Shown here: piece after piece, positions 60,749 to 64,000 of the stretch
Position numbering within the stretch: position 1 is the stretch's first letter
How the letters are laid out: each line of letters starts with the position of its first letter
NCBI GenBank assembly: GCA_963677495.2
Contig: CAXXOU010000004.1
Coordinates: 640,001-704,000 of the forward strand
Direction: 5' to 3'
DNA length: 64,000 nucleotides
DNA from: Candidatus Cloacimonadales bacterium
Lineage (GTDB): Bacteria; Cloacimonadota; Cloacimonadia; Cloacimonadales; JAFGVF01
Position numbers and translations under genes: made by a program
Notes under the pieces: generated by a model
Seen by the model: only the letters and a program-made list of their open reading frames with translations
Told to the model about the DNA's origin: nothing
Database searches by the model: none

Positions 60749-61480
60749 ATGATAGAGATAACTAAAACATACATCAAAAGGGCTCGTTGTACTCATATTT
60801 TGAATACTCTTGAAAGTGCAGTTTTAGAAGCAGAGAAACAGAATATGACTTATCTGGAGTTCGTACATTATCTATTTGAAAAAGAGAACTCAGGAAGGAA
60901 TCAAACCAATATCAACAGAAGACTTAAACAGGCTCACATCCCGGTAATAAAGACCTTTGATGAGTTCGACTATGCTTATCAACAAGTAATAACCAAAAGA
61001 CAAGTAAAGGAGTGGAAGAACTTTGTCTGGCTGGAGCAGAGGAGGAATATAATTTTAATGGGACCTCCGGGAGTAGGTAAGACTCATGTTGCAACAGCAC
61101 TCAGTTATGAAGCAATAAAGGCAGGATATAAGGTGGTGTTTTATAATCTGAACAACCTTATCGAAGAACTTGTACTAGCTGAAGCAGATAACAACATAGA
61201 TAAATATCTAAGCAATATAGCCAAGAATGATCTGATAGTTATAGATGAGATGGGGTATCTTCCTCTCCAGACAAAGGCAGCTAATCTGTTCTTTAGACTC
61301 ATCCATCTCTTATACGAATTTAGATCAGTAATCATAACATCGAATAGGTTGTTTAATGAATGGGGAGCTATTTTTAACGACAATGTGATAGCAACTGCTA
61401 TTCTTGATAGATTACTCCATCACTCACAACCAATTACAATGCTCGGAGACAGCTTTAGACTAAGGAATTTTCAAAAATGA
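60749..61480 (+). CDS. istB: IS21-family ATPase IstB
   Basis: Protein identical to copy 1. Confidence 0.96.
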   Translation: MIEITKTYIKRARCTHILNTLESAVLEAEKQNMTYLEFVHYLFEKENSGRNQTNINRRLKQAHIPVIKTFDEFDYAYQQVITKRQVKEWKNFVWLEQRRNIILMGPPGVGKTHVATALSYEAIKAGYKVVFYNLNNLIEELVLAEADNNIDKYLSNIAKNDLIVIDEMGYLPLQTKAANLFFRLIHLLYEFRSVIITSNRLFNEWGAIFNDNVIATAILDRLLHHSQPITMLGDSFRLRNFQK

Positions 61481-62269
61481 AGACTGTACCATTTTTAAAT
61501 GCCAAACTGTACCAATTTAAAATGCCATTGACATGTTATATTCCCCTCTCATAGGGGGTACCGTTTTTGGTAACGGTGGGGTGCATTCGAGTTGCACTAT
61601 TTGCAAGGTCTCGCACACTCAACCATTCCAAAGGTTCAGTTACGTAACTCAGCTTCACATGTACAACGACGTTGCACGTCGTTCCCACCTAATTCAGCAA
61701 CAGTACCTTTAGAATGGTCCCAAGACCTTCTAAATGGTACTCTTGTTATATTCCCCTCTCATAGGGGGTACCGTTTTTTGTAACGATGGGGTGTTTCTTC
61801 GAGTTGCACCATTTGCAAGGTCTCGCACACTCAACCATTCCAAAGGTTCAGTTACGTAACTCAGCTTCACATGTTGTACAACGACGTTGCACGTTAACTC
61901 AGCAACAGTACCTTTAGAATGGTCCCTAGACCTTCTAAATGGTACTCTTGTTATATTCCCCTCTCATAGGGGGTACCGTTTTTGGTAACGATGGGGTGTT
62001 TCTTCGAGTTGCACCATTTGCAAGGTCTCGCACACTCAACCATTCCAAAGGTTCAGTTACGTAACTCAGCTTCACATGTACAACGACGTTGCACGTCGTT
62101 CCCACCTAATTCAGCAACAGTACCTTTAGAATGGTCCCAAGACCTTCTAAATGGTACTCTTGTTATATTCCCCTCTCATAGGGGGTACCGTTTTTGGAAA
62201 CGGTGGGGTGTTCCCCTTCGAGTTGCACCATTTGCAAGGTCTCGCACACTCAACCATTCCAAAGGTACA

Positions 62270-64000
62270 TTACTCAAATACACTCTTTATGAAGTAAAAC
62301 TCCTTACCCTCAGTGACATTTACACTCCAGCTGGTGTTCACAGTCTCTCCATTTGGTGCTAAGATATAATCACTGTCCGGTGTGTCAGCAAAGTAAACAC
62401 GGTATCCTACAGCTCCATCAACAGCATCCCAGTTGAGTGTTAGAACATCACCTAAAACTTCAACCACCACATTCGATGGGGCTACAATCTGGTAGCTGAC
62501 AACATCCATTGTAACATTCACTGTCTCAGATGGTGTACTACCATTATGGTCAACAATAATTCTGGCAGTATAAGTGCCCACATCAAGTCCGTCAGAATCC
62601 AAATGCACATTGATTAATTCTGTTTGACTAGAGCTCAAATATCCGTTTCTATGAAAAGAACCATCCAACGTTAGCCAAGGTGTTTCCAAACCACCGGAAA
62701 CATCAATGTCATCAATTCTCCAGATCGAGTCATAATCACCCCTGTAATAGAACCCAATATAGACATCACTACTGTTATAGTCAGATAAATCAATCGTTCT
62801 CTGGGTCCAGTTAGGTGTATGAACACCGAACTCTTGCAATTCTACAAACTCACCATCATTGGGGTCTCCACTTCCTGTTGATATCCAAACCCCATGATAT
62901 GTATAGTACTGATAACTATCCACATACTGGTTCTTTTCCCAGAAATTAAGGGAGTTATCAACCCCGAGCGAAATAAGCGGAGTCACAATCCAATCTTCTG
63001 CCATACCGCTATAGTTCGAATCAGCATGATAGATTGATTTAGTAGGGGAGTGAGAAGTCGAGGAAGTCCTTTGCCATCCACTATAGTTTTGAGCACCGAC
63101 TCTATATAGATTCCATCCGTCAGAAGGGAATGATGCACCTTCGAAGTCCTCCATCAATATATCTCTTGTGGCCGGACCGGTTACAGAGGCATGGTAAATC
63201 AAGTCCATATCCCCGGTATTCTCAAGTACAAGTGGTTCGCTGTCTGTGCTCTCTTGCGCAATAGTTTTAGCTATAGTATGTGTGCTAAGCTGAATCTGGG
63301 GTGAGCTTCCTCGTTCAGCAATATTGATGTCATCAATAAACCACCCGGCTTTCTGAATCGAACTGTTAGCTGTCAGTCTAAATCGGATTGAGAAGCTTGA
63401 TTCATTCGCAAAATCGGTCAAATCAAACATCTCCTGTTGCCACCATGAATTATCTACAGTGTCATCCTGCTCCCATTGTATATAGGAGCTCTCACTAAAT
63501 CCTGTTGCGCCACTATAGTTTTCTGAAGAACCAAGATACTGTGCCGGAGCAAAACCGGTCCAACTATTCCCGTCATCAGTAGTGTATTCAATCAGACAGT
63601 TATCACCATTCGCTTCCGTTTTAGCAATATGCTTAAATGTGAGTATAGCATTGTTATGCGCAGAAAGGTCTAAACTGGAAGTCTGGAAGAGAATATTCTC
63701 ATCATTAGCTTCATACGCACAGAAAGCAGCTTGTGAGCCTTCACAGTAAAACTCACTTCCTATTTGCCAATACGTGTTGTTCTGAGAGTAGTTGTTGAAC
63801 TTAATTAACCCGGTCTCAAAGCCTTCCGAATAGGGGAGAGTAGCTGTCCCGAGTTCAGTAGTAAATGCCCATTCCATACCGTTCGTAGTGAGAGTTCCAT
63901 TACCCGAGTTAACCTTCCAGTAGTAAGTAACACCGGGCATTAATGGACCGCCAAGTTGAGCATTACTGAGTGATGCAATGCTACTGCCTGAATAGATTAC
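62270..64000 (-). CDS. Large extracellular multidomain protein (M6-like/cleaved-adhesin beta-sandwich and FN3-like domains); 5' end lies outside the window
   Basis: The frame stays open past 63940 to the window end. LPYSEGFE, GWFIDDI, EDWIVTP, WRIDDI motifs. Confidence 0.7.
   Translation of the reverse strand, partial: VIYSGSSIASLSNAQLGGPLMPGVTYYWKVNSGNGTLTTNGMEWAFTTELGTATLPYSEGFETGLIKFNNYSQNNTYWQIGSEFYCEGSQAAFCAYEANDENILFQTSSLDLSAHNNAILTFKHIAKTEANGDNCLIEYTTDDGNSWTGFAPAQYLGSSENYSGATGFSESSYIQWEQDDTVDNSWWQQEMFDLTDFANESSFSIRFRLTANSSIQKAGWFIDDINIAERGSSPQIQLSTHTIAKTIAQESTDSEPLVLENTGDMDLIYHASVTGPATRDILMEDFEGASFPSDGWNLYRVGAQNYSGWQRTSSTSHSPTKSIYHADSNYSGMAEDWIVTPLISLGVDNSLNFWEKNQYVDSYQYYTYHGVWISTGSGDPNDGEFVELQEFGVHTPNWTQRTIDLSDYNSSDVYIGFYYRGDYDSIWRIDDIDVSGGLETPWLTLDGSFHRNGYLSSSQTELINVHLDSDGLDVGTYTARIIVDHNGSTPSETVNVTMDVVSYQIVAPSNVVVEVLGDVLTLNWDAVDGAVGYRVYFADTPDSDYILAPNGETVNTSWSVNVTEGKEFYFIKSVFE

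Larger units (their letters stand above)
59174..61533 (+). mobile_element. IS21-family insertion sequence, copy 2 (2360 bp)
   Basis: Same termini as copy 1. 7-bp direct repeat TGTTATA at 59167-59173 and 61534-61540. Confidence 0.97.
59105..62268. repeat. Tandem array of four ~205-212-bp structured units; the first is interrupted by IS21 copy 2
   Basis: CAGTACCTTTAGAATGGTCC recurs at 59124, 61701, 61906 and 62118. Confidence 0.92.

Noticed and set aside
4584..61533. Single composite transposon formed by the two IS21 copies
   Set aside because: Each copy has its own different 7-bp duplication, and the segment between them holds core genes.
59105..62268. CRISPR array
   Set aside because: Units are ~210 bp and near-identical throughout, with no unique spacers. 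No cas genes are in the window.
58983..64000. Integrative element or prophage at tRNA-Ser
   Set aside because: No integrase, and no duplicate of the tRNA 3' end was seen in the window.

Overview
Bacterial chromosomal window, AT-rich. It most likely comes from a Cloacimonadota/FCB-group anaerobe; this is inferred from four secreted proteins ending in an NYPNPFNP...WDG.D..G...SGIYF-type C-terminal sorting domain. Housekeeping content includes pyrB-pyrC-pyrK-pyrD with a PyrR-type leader, metK behind a SAM-II-type aptamer and terminator, gcvPA/gcvPB, a separate divergent gcvT, kdsD, dtd, bcp, tpx, a tldD/tldE pair, sugar ABC permeases and tRNA-Ser(GGA). There are also large secreted C25 and C10 peptidases, a PAS histidine kinase and a TPR-LytS/LytTR pair. 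Mobile DNA comprises two near-identical 2360-bp IS21-family elements, each with its own 7-bp target duplication, and a Y1 HUH transposase gene enclosed by ~150-bp inverted hairpin arrays. The most unusual signal is non-coding. (i) A three-hairpin module with a conserved TAGC foot flanks the HUH gene, recurs as gene-less inverted pairs, and brackets a 3.1-kb accessory cassette as a direct repeat. (ii) Several loci carry motifs phased at exactly 11 nt with an orientation switch but unrelated core sequences. (iii) There are tandem arrays of 197-bp and 205-212-bp structured units. Three single-base homopolymer frameshifts look like assembly errors. No CRISPR array, rRNA, reverse transcriptase or phage genes were seen.
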